A DNA stretch of 64,000 nucleotides, from the NCBI GenBank assembly GCA_947628135.1, contig CANQYT010000001.1, positions 65,285 through 129,284 of the forward strand, given 5' to 3'. Made by a program: the position numbers and the translations under genes. Every line of letters begins with the position of its first letter. Position 1 is the first letter of the stretch. The DNA is from an uncultured Clostridia bacterium. Its GTDB lineage: Bacteria; Bacillota; Clostridia; Christensenellales; CAG-314. The notes beneath the pieces are model-generated. The model made no database searches, had not been told where the DNA came from, and saw nothing but the letters and a program-made list of their open reading frames with translations. Shown here one piece after another: positions 9,005 to 17,549 of the stretch.

Positions 9005-9349
9005 ATTATGGAAAATATATTATATAGTTTGTCTTACGGAAAGTGCGATGATAAAAAAGAAAAGGACGGTCATAAGAGTAATCATTAGTATGTTAATTAT
9101 AAGATTAATGAGGAACATCAAGACTAGATTAGTTACTTAAAAATGCGTATTAGATGATGCTATAGACCAAGGTACAAGAATGATTGGATTAATTAGCGGT
9201 AATAGTATTGAGAATCTAGCATAGTACGATGGATGCCAAATCGAGAAAGGATGATAAAACCATCAAAATTTTTGGGATGGATTACGACGGCAAGACAGTG
9301 AAGATGACGAATCTCAAGACTTACGTTTAGAAAAATCGTTTTTATTTCA

Positions 9350-9998
9350 GTATGTAAATAATAGTGGATATAATGTGTTGACAAACATGTTAAAAAAGAC
9401 ATATTGATAGCGACGTTTTATTCTATAATCTTTAGATTCCAGAAAACTTGAAAATCGATTGGGTCCAACATGACAACATACTGTATTGTTGCATATCTTA
9501 AAAGTGAGTATAAGGTCGTACAGTCTGACGAATAAGATTCGTACCAATCCCGAACTTGCCGCATTTATCAAAGGTATAAACGATGAGAAGAAAATCAATC
9601 GAAGTTATTTCTACCATTCCGTGGATATTCTCTACGCCAATACCGTGAATGAGGCGCAGCAAATAATTGCCATTTACCAAGATAGGGGGTATCAATTTAT
9701 TAATCATACGCCATCTTTGTATTTCAATGCGAGATTGGATAACTTTGATACAACATTTGTTGCGCATAGTGTTATCGGACAGGAGTTTGATAATGTAATT
9801 GTTACGATGGATGACAATTTTTATTATGAGAAAGGGGAATTAAGGTCCGGGGAACACCCAAATTGGAATTATTTATATCACAAAATGCTGTTTCAGGAAA
9901 TAACGCGGGTTCGAGAAAAACTTGCGATCGTCGTAATTGGAAATCCCGATGTTTTTATGCACCTGCTTGAAATTAAAAATATTCGGACGTCGGGATAG
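9350..9998 (+). pseudogene. Decayed DUF2075/UvrD_C-like helicase gene (C-terminal remnant; frameshifted pieces upstream)
   Basis: 170-aa ORF with LTNKIRTNPELAAFIKG...SVIGQEFDNVIVTMDD...REKLAIVV (C-terminal helicase motifs). It has no Walker A or N-terminal half. Short out-of-frame fragments with stops lie at 9350-9485. Confidence 0.5.
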
Positions 9999-10416
9999 GG
10001 CTGTACGTTTGACGTGATGTTGATATAATACAATGCAATGACGAAATCGAGACGTTGATTGTAACGCCAAAATGTGAAAAAAACGTTTACTGCGCCCATT
10101 TGTGGCACAAATGAGAGTAAGTGCAACAGCGCTTTCTTTTTTATCGCTTTTAAGTCGGACGCATCCTTTCAGTGGCGACAGTAGGAAATTAAATTATGTG
10201 TCGTTTCGTTCACAGCGTTCGGGGCGAGTCGTAGTATGTTTAACAGTAATTGTTTTTGTTTGAGGAGTTTTTTTGAAGCATCAACTTTGTATTATCGTTC
10301 TGTAACATTTGCGAGAAATCGGTTATTTATTGTGAGTAGAGATTCGATATACGTAAACTAAGTAAAAGGATTGATTTTAACTAAAAAGTGCTTTATAATA
10401 TCTTTGAGGTTGGATT

Positions 10417-10959
10417 ATGTTGGATATAAATGTAAAATTTTTGGAAGAATACAAAAGTTTAGACAAGTTGTGCAAGGAAATGTTCGACAGCGATGAAGGT
10501 GTTTCGCGTTATATCTTAGAAATGGAATATTCTACTGATTGTCAACGATACAACAGCAGTTGGAAACAATTCTACGATCGTTTGAAGAAATTACGGTACT
10601 ACCGAAATAAACTTGCACACGACGTTGATTTATATACGGATTTATGCACCACAAACGATGTGGAGTGGCTTCAAAAATTTCATAATGATATACTGGAACA
10701 GCAAGATCCTCTTGCGGTTGTGAGAAAACAACGCGCCCAACCAAGCATTGTAAAAATGAGGACAAATATGTCTTCAAATAATACTGCTACTTCACATAAT
10801 TTTGCCGCTTGCAACAATCAAACATTAGTGCCCAAAACGTCTAAGTGGCAACAATTCAAACAAAAAATAAAAAAATTTTTTGTATCGGAAAAAACAGGTG
10901 AATTTTTGCTTGCTCGACAGGATAAAGTAAATTTTCAACTAAACATCTTGTTTGTATAA
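10417..10959 (+). CDS. Hypothetical protein with an Rx4H (HEPN-like) motif
   Basis: 180-aa ORF with a GAGG RBS. LKKLRYYRNKLAHDVD contains R-N-K-L-A-H. Confidence 0.5.
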   Translation: MLDINVKFLEEYKSLDKLCKEMFDSDEGVSRYILEMEYSTDCQRYNSSWKQFYDRLKKLRYYRNKLAHDVDLYTDLCTTNDVEWLQKFHNDILEQQDPLAVVRKQRAQPSIVKMRTNMSSNNTATSHNFAACNNQTLVPKTSKWQQFKQKIKKFFVSEKTGEFLLARQDKVNFQLNILFV

Positions 10960-11161
10960 AGTCCTTTGAGCAGTCGACCGTAGAATAAACTTTATATTAA
11001 AATTTTTTACATTAGTACTTCCCTGTATTATGATTTCAAAGTAGTTTCGTGCAGTGGAACAATTTGCACATAGAAACAAGAGAATAGTTTATGCAAATAC
11101 ACGGCTTTATGCTATTTGATTGGTTTATCAAATGCGATGTTTTACTTCTTCCTTTTTTATT

Positions 11162-11223
11162 GAAGGCACAGGTGCAAGCGCAACGGAAAGAGTACGCACA
11201 AAGTATACTCTTTTATATCGTTT
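11162..11223 (+). repeat. Direct repeat flanking the helicase gene, left copy
   Basis: GAAGGCACAGGTGCAAGCGCAACGGAAAGAGTACGCACAAAG..CTCTTTTAT matches 14751-14812, with a 1-nt indel and a few mismatches in the tail. Confidence 0.75.
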
Positions 11224-11335
11224 CTTGATAAATTTCTTTTCATATTCAGATAGTGAAAAAGAGGGAGGAGGTATGTAATTGCATAGAAGCGAAAAAGTGA
11301 TGAGGGCTTATCTTATAAGTTTGCCCAACAAATAT

Positions 11336-11364
11336 TTGAAAAATAAATATATTTGTGCTACAAT
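11336..11364 (+). promoter_or_regulatory. Sigma-A-type promoter (extended -10) of the helicase gene
   Basis: TTGAAA, a 17-nt spacer, then TGcTACAAT. Confidence 0.6.
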
Positions 11365-11392
11365 TTAACATAGAAGTTTTCTGAGGTAAATT

Positions 11393-14300
11393 ATGAGATT
11401 ATTTTCCAGACTTTTTGGCAAAAAAGATGATATAAATTTCCCAATAGAGTATAAGGAGGCTCTTGCTTTTAATCGGGAGTTTGAATCTTTATTGTCAGAA
11501 GATAAATTTTTGGCTCGTAGCGATTATAAAAATTTTATTAAACGATATAAGGAAATTTTTACTTTCTTCGATAATATTGTAAGGGCTAGAACACTCACAT
11601 ATTTCTGTAAACAAAACAAGATACAGGAAACAGCGGTTGTAAAATTTTTGAATTATTATAAGGATATATATGATTTACCTAAAGGTTCATCACTTATCGA
11701 TAAACATAATTCTGTTTACATAGATAGTCATTTGAAATCGGAAAAATTGTACTTGGATAAAATTTTATATGAAGTAGATCCCAAAATTTTACTTGACGAT
11801 GAACAACGCAAAGTAATTTTATCTGACGAAGATTACTCGCTTGTAATTGCAGGAGCAGGTGCGGGGAAAACTACTACGGTGGCTGCAAAAGTACGGTATT
11901 TGGTTGAAAAAAAACATATAGATCCACAAAAAATTCTTGTTATATCATTTACTAATAAAGCTGTTGGGGAATTAAAAGAACGTATCAATATCGGTCTTTC
12001 TATCCCATGTCCAATCACTACATTTCACAGTGCAGGATATGCCATTTTACGCAAACAAGATGATAACAAAAAGAAAATTGTTAATGAAGGTTTTTTGTAC
12101 AATTGTATAAATAATTATTTGAAAGGGAGCATTCTTGCTCAACCCGACATTGTAGATAAATTGATAATGTTTTTTGGTTCTTATTTTGATGCACCTTATG
12201 AGGGTGATAATATCAACTTGTTTTTTAACTATATAGCCAAAGCAGACTTCAGTACATTGAAAAGCAATGTTAATGAATACAATGTTCAAGTTATTGATAG
12301 ACGCACAAACAAAGCAACTACGATAACGAATGAGATTTTACGCTCAATTCAAGAAGTTAAAATTGCCAACTTTTTATATTTGAATCAAATAGATTACAAT
12401 TACGAAGAAATATATCCTTACCATATACTAAAAGCAAAAAAACCATACACTCCCGATTTTTGTATAAGACAAGGAAACAAAGTTGCTTATATAGAACACT
12501 TCGGTATTACCGAAAATGGTAGACACAACTTCTATTCAGTTGATGAACTCAATACATATAAGCAAGAAATTCTCGATAAAATTGCATTACATAAAAAGCA
12601 CGGAAGTACATTGATATATACATACTCTGAATACAATGATGGACGAGACTTTCTTGTCCATCTACGCGAGCAACTCGAAGCAAATGGTTTTATTCTCAAA
12701 AGTCGTCCGTCTGAAGAAGTATTTACCAAATTGGTCAATACCGAAGAAAATAAGTATATTTACAAATTTGTAAAGTTAATTTGTACATTTATTAATAATT
12801 TCAAAACTAACGGTTACACGCTTGATGATTTCTACCGCTTCGAACGAACGAATGCAAATGTCAGAACAAAGTTGTTTTTTGATATATGTAAAGCGTGTTA
12901 TTTGGAATATCAAAAAAGACTGTCAGAAGAAAATTCTATTGATTTTCAAGATATGATAAACGATTCTGCACGAATTTTGCGTGAAAAGCAAATAACCAAT
13001 GAACGACTTGATTTTGAATACATAATTGTTGACGAATATCAGGACATATCACGACAACGCTTCGATTTAACAAAAGAACTGTCAAATCTCTGTAATGCCA
13101 AAATTATCGCAGTGGGAGATGATTGGCAATCCATATATGCTTTTAGCGGATCAGATGTTTCACTATTCACTCATTTTTGCTCCATAATGGGATATGGACA
13201 AGAACTAAAAATTACCAAAACATATCGTAATGCACAAGAAGTAATAGATATTGCGGGAAATTTTGTCCAAAAAAATGAGGCGCAAATCAAAAAATCCTTG
13301 GTTTCTTCCAAACATATTCAAAAACCTGTTGTTATTTACACTTATAGTGAAGAATTTGATAGAAAAGAATTCGCTGGAAAGGGTGGAAAATACTTTCAAC
13401 TTGGGAAAAAGGTGGAAGATTTAATCGGCAAAATTTTAGAGCAAAATAGCCGAGAGTCTATAAGCGCGAACTCATCTATATTGTTGATAGGGCGTTATAA
13501 TTTTGATGCGCGCAACTTATGTTTTTCCAAAGATTTTGTTTATGACGAAGATAATGGTAAGATTTTCAGTAAAAAATATCCCAAAGCGAAGTTGGAATTT
13601 CTAACTGCTCACAGTTCAAAAGGTTTAGGATATGATAATGTTGTAATTATTAATGCGAGAAATGGAGTTTATGGTTTTCCTGCAAAGATAGATGATGACC
13701 CTGTAATGAAGTACGTTATTAATGACGACACATCTATTGAGTATGCGGAAGAAAGACGTCTGTTTTACGTTGCAATGACACGTACAAAAAACAGAGTTTT
13801 TATAGTAACACCGGAAAAACACCCGTCAGAATTTATTTTGGAATTGATAAAGGACTATCCCAACATAACCGTACATGGTGATTTGAAAAAGGAAAGCGAT
13901 ACTGATGTTGATACAATTAAAAAATGTCCCGTTTGTGGCTATCCTTTGCAACTCCGTTATAAAAAGGACTACGGTCTTCGTTTGTGGATGTGTACGAACG
14001 AACCCGAAATTTGCAATTTTATATCTAATGATTTGGCTGGTGGTGAGATGTCTGTGCAAAAATGTGATAGATGTAAAGACGGTTATCTGGTAGTCAAAAA
14101 ATCTTCTACTGGTGGTACAATATTAGGATGTACAAATTACAAACAAGACGGTACGGGTTGTGACAGGTGGTTAAATCACGAAACTTATAAACGATGGATA
14201 AAAAAGGAATTCGAAGAAGATTTAACTGTCGATAAACAAGCATACAATGAAGAAGTGGTTGTCGTAATGCCTAAAATAAAGGCTGATTTACAAAGCACAC

Positions 14301-14644
14301 ATAGTATTGATCGTAAAAAGGCAGAAGTGCATAAAGTAACATATAGTGAAAGATTTATTGAAAAGGACAGATTCCAAGTAGTTGCAGATGACGAAGGCAA
14401 CATCATTACCGATATGGAATTATTAGCAGAATTGCGGAGTCTGCGAGGAAAAATAATGAAAGAAAGCAATAAACCTGCATACACCATAATCAGCAATAAG
14501 GGGCTTGTTAGTCTTGCAACATATAAACCTGAAACACGAGAGGAATTTATTGCACTTTATGGCTTGGGCGAAACAACGTACATTACTTATGGATTAAGAT
14601 TCATTGAAGCCATCAAAGAATATTTTGCCAAACGTTCATCTTAA
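11393..14644 (+). CDS. HelD (helicase IV)/UvrD-like SF1 helicase with a PD-(D/E)xK-like insertion, two topoisomerase-type zinc ribbons and a C-terminal HRDC-like domain
   Basis: - Helicase core: Walker A AGAGAGKTTT; motif II IIVDEYQDIS; GDDWQSIYAFSG; TAHSSKGLGYDNVVI; RRLFYVAMTRTK.
- Nuclease-like insertion: YTPDFCI...AYIEHFG.
- Zinc ribbons: CPVCGYPL...WMCTN..CNF and CDRCKDGYL...LGCTNY...GC.
- HRDC-like tail: NKPAYTIISNKGLVSLATYKPETREEFIALYGLGE. Confidence 0.75.
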   Translation: MRLFSRLFGKKDDINFPIEYKEALAFNREFESLLSEDKFLARSDYKNFIKRYKEIFTFFDNIVRARTLTYFCKQNKIQETAVVKFLNYYKDIYDLPKGSSLIDKHNSVYIDSHLKSEKLYLDKILYEVDPKILLDDEQRKVILSDEDYSLVIAGAGAGKTTTVAAKVRYLVEKKHIDPQKILVISFTNKAVGELKERINIGLSIPCPITTFHSAGYAILRKQDDNKKKIVNEGFLYNCINNYLKGSILAQPDIVDKLIMFFGSYFDAPYEGDNINLFFNYIAKADFSTLKSNVNEYNVQVIDRRTNKATTITNEILRSIQEVKIANFLYLNQIDYNYEEIYPYHILKAKKPYTPDFCIRQGNKVAYIEHFGITENGRHNFYSVDELNTYKQEILDKIALHKKHGSTLIYTYSEYNDGRDFLVHLREQLEANGFILKSRPSEEVFTKLVNTEENKYIYKFVKLICTFINNFKTNGYTLDDFYRFERTNANVRTKLFFDICKACYLEYQKRLSEENSIDFQDMINDSARILREKQITNERLDFEYIIVDEYQDISRQRFDLTKELSNLCNAKIIAVGDDWQSIYAFSGSDVSLFTHFCSIMGYGQELKITKTYRNAQEVIDIAGNFVQKNEAQIKKSLVSSKHIQKPVVIYTYSEEFDRKEFAGKGGKYFQLGKKVEDLIGKILEQNSRESISANSSILLIGRYNFDARNLCFSKDFVYDEDNGKIFSKKYPKAKLEFLTAHSSKGLGYDNVVIINARNGVYGFPAKIDDDPVMKYVINDDTSIEYAEERRLFYVAMTRTKNRVFIVTPEKHPSEFILELIKDYPNITVHGDLKKESDTDVDTIKKCPVCGYPLQLRYKKDYGLRLWMCTNEPEICNFISNDLAGGEMSVQKCDRCKDGYLVVKKSSTGGTILGCTNYKQDGTGCDRWLNHETYKRWIKKEFEEDLTVDKQAYNEEVVVVMPKIKADLQSTHSIDRKKAEVHKVTYSERFIEKDRFQVVADDEGNIITDMELLAELRSLRGKIMKESNKPAYTIISNKGLVSLATYKPETREEFIALYGLGETTYITYGLRFIEAIKEYFAKRSS

Positions 14645-14750
14645 AAATGTTGTTCAGTTTGTTTAAGACAAACGCGCAGTCTATTGTTATTCTCAATGTT
14701 CGGATTTGGCATTGGTTTGCGTTCGGTCTAATGGCATTTCGATATGCGTC

Positions 14751-14812
14751 GAAGGCACAGGTGCAAGCGCAACGGAAAAGAGTACGCACAAAGCGCGCTC
14801 TTTTTATCTTTT
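14751..14812 (+). repeat. Direct repeat flanking the helicase gene, right copy
   Basis: See 11162-11223. Confidence 0.75.
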
Positions 14813-14921
14813 ACAGCGGAAGTTTTGTTCTGCCGACGTATTTTTATTGGGTTGAAAATTTGCAGTAAGTTTGAGCGGGGCTTTTATTTGTACTAATCGC
14901 GTTATCCCTCAATCATCGTAC

Positions 14922-14950
14922 GCAATTTCAACTACAATTTGTAGTTGTGT
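14922..14950 (+). repeat. Hairpin-containing direct repeat, copy 1
   Basis: GCAATTTCAACTACAATTTGTAGTTGTGT with AACTAC/GTAGTT stems. It is related to 15761-15790. Confidence 0.65.
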
Positions 14951-15135
14951 AGAGGCAATAGATTTTTTATAATATAATCAAAAATCAATTTGACTGTAGC
15001 GCAGCATCCCGTTGTGAGGTTCAAACGTGTGTTGAACAAATATTTCAATTTCCGTGCAACATCGAAAAACTTACAAAACGGCTAAATACGGCTTGCGAGT
15101 CAAAATGAAAAAATCGAAAAGGCGGCAGTAGCAAT

Positions 15136-15429
15136 ATGGGTTTCTTCGGCAGTTTGATATTTTCTGCAATTTACAAAGGTTTTGAATACGGTTTCAAAAA
15201 ACTCAAAACACGCAAAGCCACAGCAATACGTTTCGGCGTTCTCGGGGTGCTATGTGCCACCAATCTTATAGTAACGATAGTGCTTTGTTGTCAAATACCC
15301 GAGTTTTGGTGGCTTTTTCTCATTACGACGGGCGCAATATTTTGCATGTTTGTGTGGCGGTTTGTTTGGGATGGAATACTCCTTTACAAAAACGATTTCG
15401 ACGAGTCGCACGATGCGCCCGATCGGTAA
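15136..15429 (+). CDS. Small hypothetical membrane protein (97 aa, about 3 TM segments)
   Basis: ORF with hydrophobic segments. The RBS is weak. Confidence 0.4.
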   Translation: MGFFGSLIFSAIYKGFEYGFKKLKTRKATAIRFGVLGVLCATNLIVTIVLCCQIPEFWWLFLITTGAIFCMFVWRFVWDGILLYKNDFDESHDAPDR

Positions 15430-15744
15430 AATACGCGGACGGCTGCTCGATACCTCCTTGCCGTCAGACAACAGCGGAGCAACATTTCTCCGCTGTTGTC
15501 GCAATAGCCAACTTTTATATTCGCCGCATTACGGCTAACCGAAAAAAAATAATTTCAAAAAAATTACGCAAATAAAGGGGAATTTTTCAAAATTTGCTGT
15601 ATTTTTTTACTAGCAAGGTTATTTGAGCCGCAAAAAAGTTTTACACAGCCCCAAAATTGCAAAATTTTAGTATGGTTCACAAATTATAAAGTATATGCGC
15701 TTTGTTACACGCATTTGCAAGACGCGCGGCAAGTATTTTTGTCG

Positions 15745-15753
15745 CCCCCCCCC
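15745..15753. repeat. Homopolymeric C9/G9 tract
   Basis: gtcgCCCCCCCCCaaag, read directly. Confidence 0.9.
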
Positions 15754-15760
15754 AAAGTAG

Positions 15761-15790
15761 GCAATTTTCAACTACAATTTGTAGTGTACA
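15761..15790 (+). repeat. Hairpin-containing direct repeat, copy 2
   Basis: GCAATTTTCAACTACAATTTGTAGTGTACA. Confidence 0.65.
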
Positions 15791-15890
15791 CCAACGGTTT
15801 GGTTTGCTATCATTGTAACGTAAAATCGGGGCGGCGTTCGGGCGTAGCTCGGTGCGCCGCTCCCTAAATTTCGACGGGAGATGACGGCTT

Positions 15891-16385
15891 GTGAAACGAA
15901 AGAAAATTTTGTTGGTTTTAACGTTGGTTATTGCAATTGTCTTGGGAAGTTTGTGTTTTGTCGCTTGCGGTGATGACGAAGATGACGACAACTACCCCGT
16001 TGAAGGCATTTGGCACGCAGTTGCCGCTTGGCAGAATGAAACCAAATTTACCTTGGGCGGTCAAACCACTAAAATAATCGACAACTACAAAGTGGATTTT
16101 TATTTTGACTTTCGCGCGGACGGCTCGGTGCTTAAAAAGAGCGTCGCGTATATAAACGACCATATTCTGCACACCGACAACGAAGAATGGAACATTTTTA
16201 ACGTAACTTGGTCGGTAAAAGGCAACGTTATCACGTTATCCAGCGGCAAAAAGTTTGTGATCGTGGATGACGAATTCGACGACGTCTTTCCGGCTCAAAA
16301 CATATTGTTGCGCTACAAAAAAGAAGCGGCAACGGATGACGAGACTTCCGCACAAAAACATATCGGCAAAATTGCCGCACGCTGA
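15891..16385 (+). CDS. Lipoprotein (lipocalin-like?), GTG start
   Basis: Signal peptide MKRKKILLVLTLVIAIVLGSLCFVAC with a lipobox Cys, followed by an acidic linker. Confidence 0.6.
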   Translation: MKRKKILLVLTLVIAIVLGSLCFVACGDDEDDDNYPVEGIWHAVAAWQNETKFTLGGQTTKIIDNYKVDFYFDFRADGSVLKKSVAYINDHILHTDNEEWNIFNVTWSVKGNVITLSSGKKFVIVDDEFDDVFPAQNILLRYKKEAATDDETSAQKHIGKIAAR

Positions 16386-16436
16386 CGGGCTTTCGCCAAA
16401 CAAAATCTTGAACAAAAAAACATAAGGAGAAATTAT

Positions 16437-17324
16437 ATGCAGAGACCCAATTTCAACAGAAACTTCCAAACGTTCATTTTAAGCAATGATTTAAGCAATC
16501 AAGATGCCGCCGATATGATAAACGAGGAGTTGGCTCGCTTGGACGCCAAAAACGAAAGAATTTATATGTCGAACGACGTCTGGACGATAGCGGGGCGCGG
16601 CAGTACTCCGCGCAATCATTTGGTGATGGTCGCCATAGCCAACATCATCGGCAAATCGTTGGAAGAACTCATCGTAAATTTGTACGACACGTCCGACTTG
16701 TACCGTCCCGATTTGAAGCGATCCAAATTGAAAGATATGCCGCCCAAAAACGCAAGTATGTGTTGTGAGAAAGTTAAAACCGACAAAAAATACGACATCG
16801 CCGCATTGTTTGAAAAAATGTCGTCGGCAGATCAAGATTTTGCTTTGGAATTATCTTACAGTATGGAGTTGGAAAACGACAGCGTATTTCTTTATTCGTT
16901 GTTGGATGTAGATATGCCGTTGGACGGGCTTATCGACATTCGAATGTACCTACATGACGGAAGCAGTGAAACAAGCAACTTGTTATCCGATTGGGCTTCC
17001 TTTGCAATTCAGTTGAAAGATTGCGACTACGATCCCTGCGCCGTGTTGGCAAATTTAGTCAAAGATCCGTTGCTTTATCCATTTACCGAAGGTTTGCATG
17101 TCAACGTGACTCCGTTTAGCGTAACGCGCTATCAGGAAGGCGATATAGCCGACGGCGAGCAATTGCAAAATGCTTATATGGTAAAAATGAAAGTTGATTT
17201 GGACAGAGATAGCGTGCTATTTTTGTACGAACATTCTCTCGAACGCGCCAAAAAGCACTTGGCGGAGTTGGAAGCGCAACAAAAACAATGTGAAAATAAA
17301 AACGACAAAAAACAATTCAAATAA
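16437..17324 (+). CDS. Hypothetical protein with a possible N-terminal HTH
   Basis: 295-aa ORF with an AAGGAGA RBS. The N-terminal LSNQDAADMINE...IANIIGKSLEELI is XRE-HTH-like. The C-terminal domain is unrecognised. Confidence 0.5.
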   Translation: MQRPNFNRNFQTFILSNDLSNQDAADMINEELARLDAKNERIYMSNDVWTIAGRGSTPRNHLVMVAIANIIGKSLEELIVNLYDTSDLYRPDLKRSKLKDMPPKNASMCCEKVKTDKKYDIAALFEKMSSADQDFALELSYSMELENDSVFLYSLLDVDMPLDGLIDIRMYLHDGSSETSNLLSDWASFAIQLKDCDYDPCAVLANLVKDPLLYPFTEGLHVNVTPFSVTRYQEGDIADGEQLQNAYMVKMKVDLDRDSVLFLYEHSLERAKKHLAELEAQQKQCENKNDKKQFK

Positions 17325-17413
17325 AAAGTAAATGCAACGGATTGCAATTAATGGCGAAAGAATTGTTGAAAATTTATTTGCAATAATCGTGTACAGTATC
17401 CCGCCATTTTGTT

Positions 17414-17450
17414 ACCGCACTTTGTTTTGCAAGGTGCGGTTTCTGTTTGT
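17414..17450 (+). terminator. Rho-independent terminator
   Basis: ACCGCAC...GTGCGGT stem followed by a T-rich tail. Confidence 0.55.
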
Positions 17451-17489
17451 TGTTTGCCGAAGTTTTGAAAAAAATTTGACAAAAATTTC

Positions 17490-17518
17490 TTGCATTTTGC
17501 ATTTGTCGGAACTATAAT
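17490..17518 (+). promoter_or_regulatory. Sigma-A-type promoter of the ferritin gene
   Basis: TTGCAT, a 17-nt spacer, then TATAAT. Confidence 0.55.
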
Positions 17519-17549
17519 ATGCTTAGCAAAAACGGAGGTAAAAAAGATT

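Larger units (their letters stand above)
5866..14950. mobile_element. AT-rich genomic island adjacent to tRNA-Val carrying defence-type genes; no integrase/transposase seen; right boundary approximate
   Basis: Composition drops sharply (about 30% G+C on a spot-counted line at 7081-7140 versus about 63% at 27001-27060). The island abuts the tRNA 3'-end duplicate. Gene content is as listed below. Confidence 0.55.

Noticed and set aside
9006-9349. A possible additional gene between the RloB-like gene and the helicase remnant (for example a 33-codon ORF MDAKSRKDDKTIKIFGMDYDGKTVKMTNLKTYV).
   Set aside because: It is too short, has no RBS or recognisable motif, and is surrounded by stops in all frames.
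14647-14868. A 73-aa ORF immediately after the helicase gene.
   Set aside because: It runs through the right copy of the 62-bp direct repeat. The left copy carries a 1-nt indel that shifts the frame relative to the right copy, and there is no RBS.
15677-15991. A 104-aa minus-strand ORF starting MSSSSSSPQ and containing the G9 tract.
   Set aside because: The poly-Ser is the antisense of the acidic linker (GDDEDDD) of the lipoprotein gene. The rest crosses non-coding repeat DNA, and there is no RBS.
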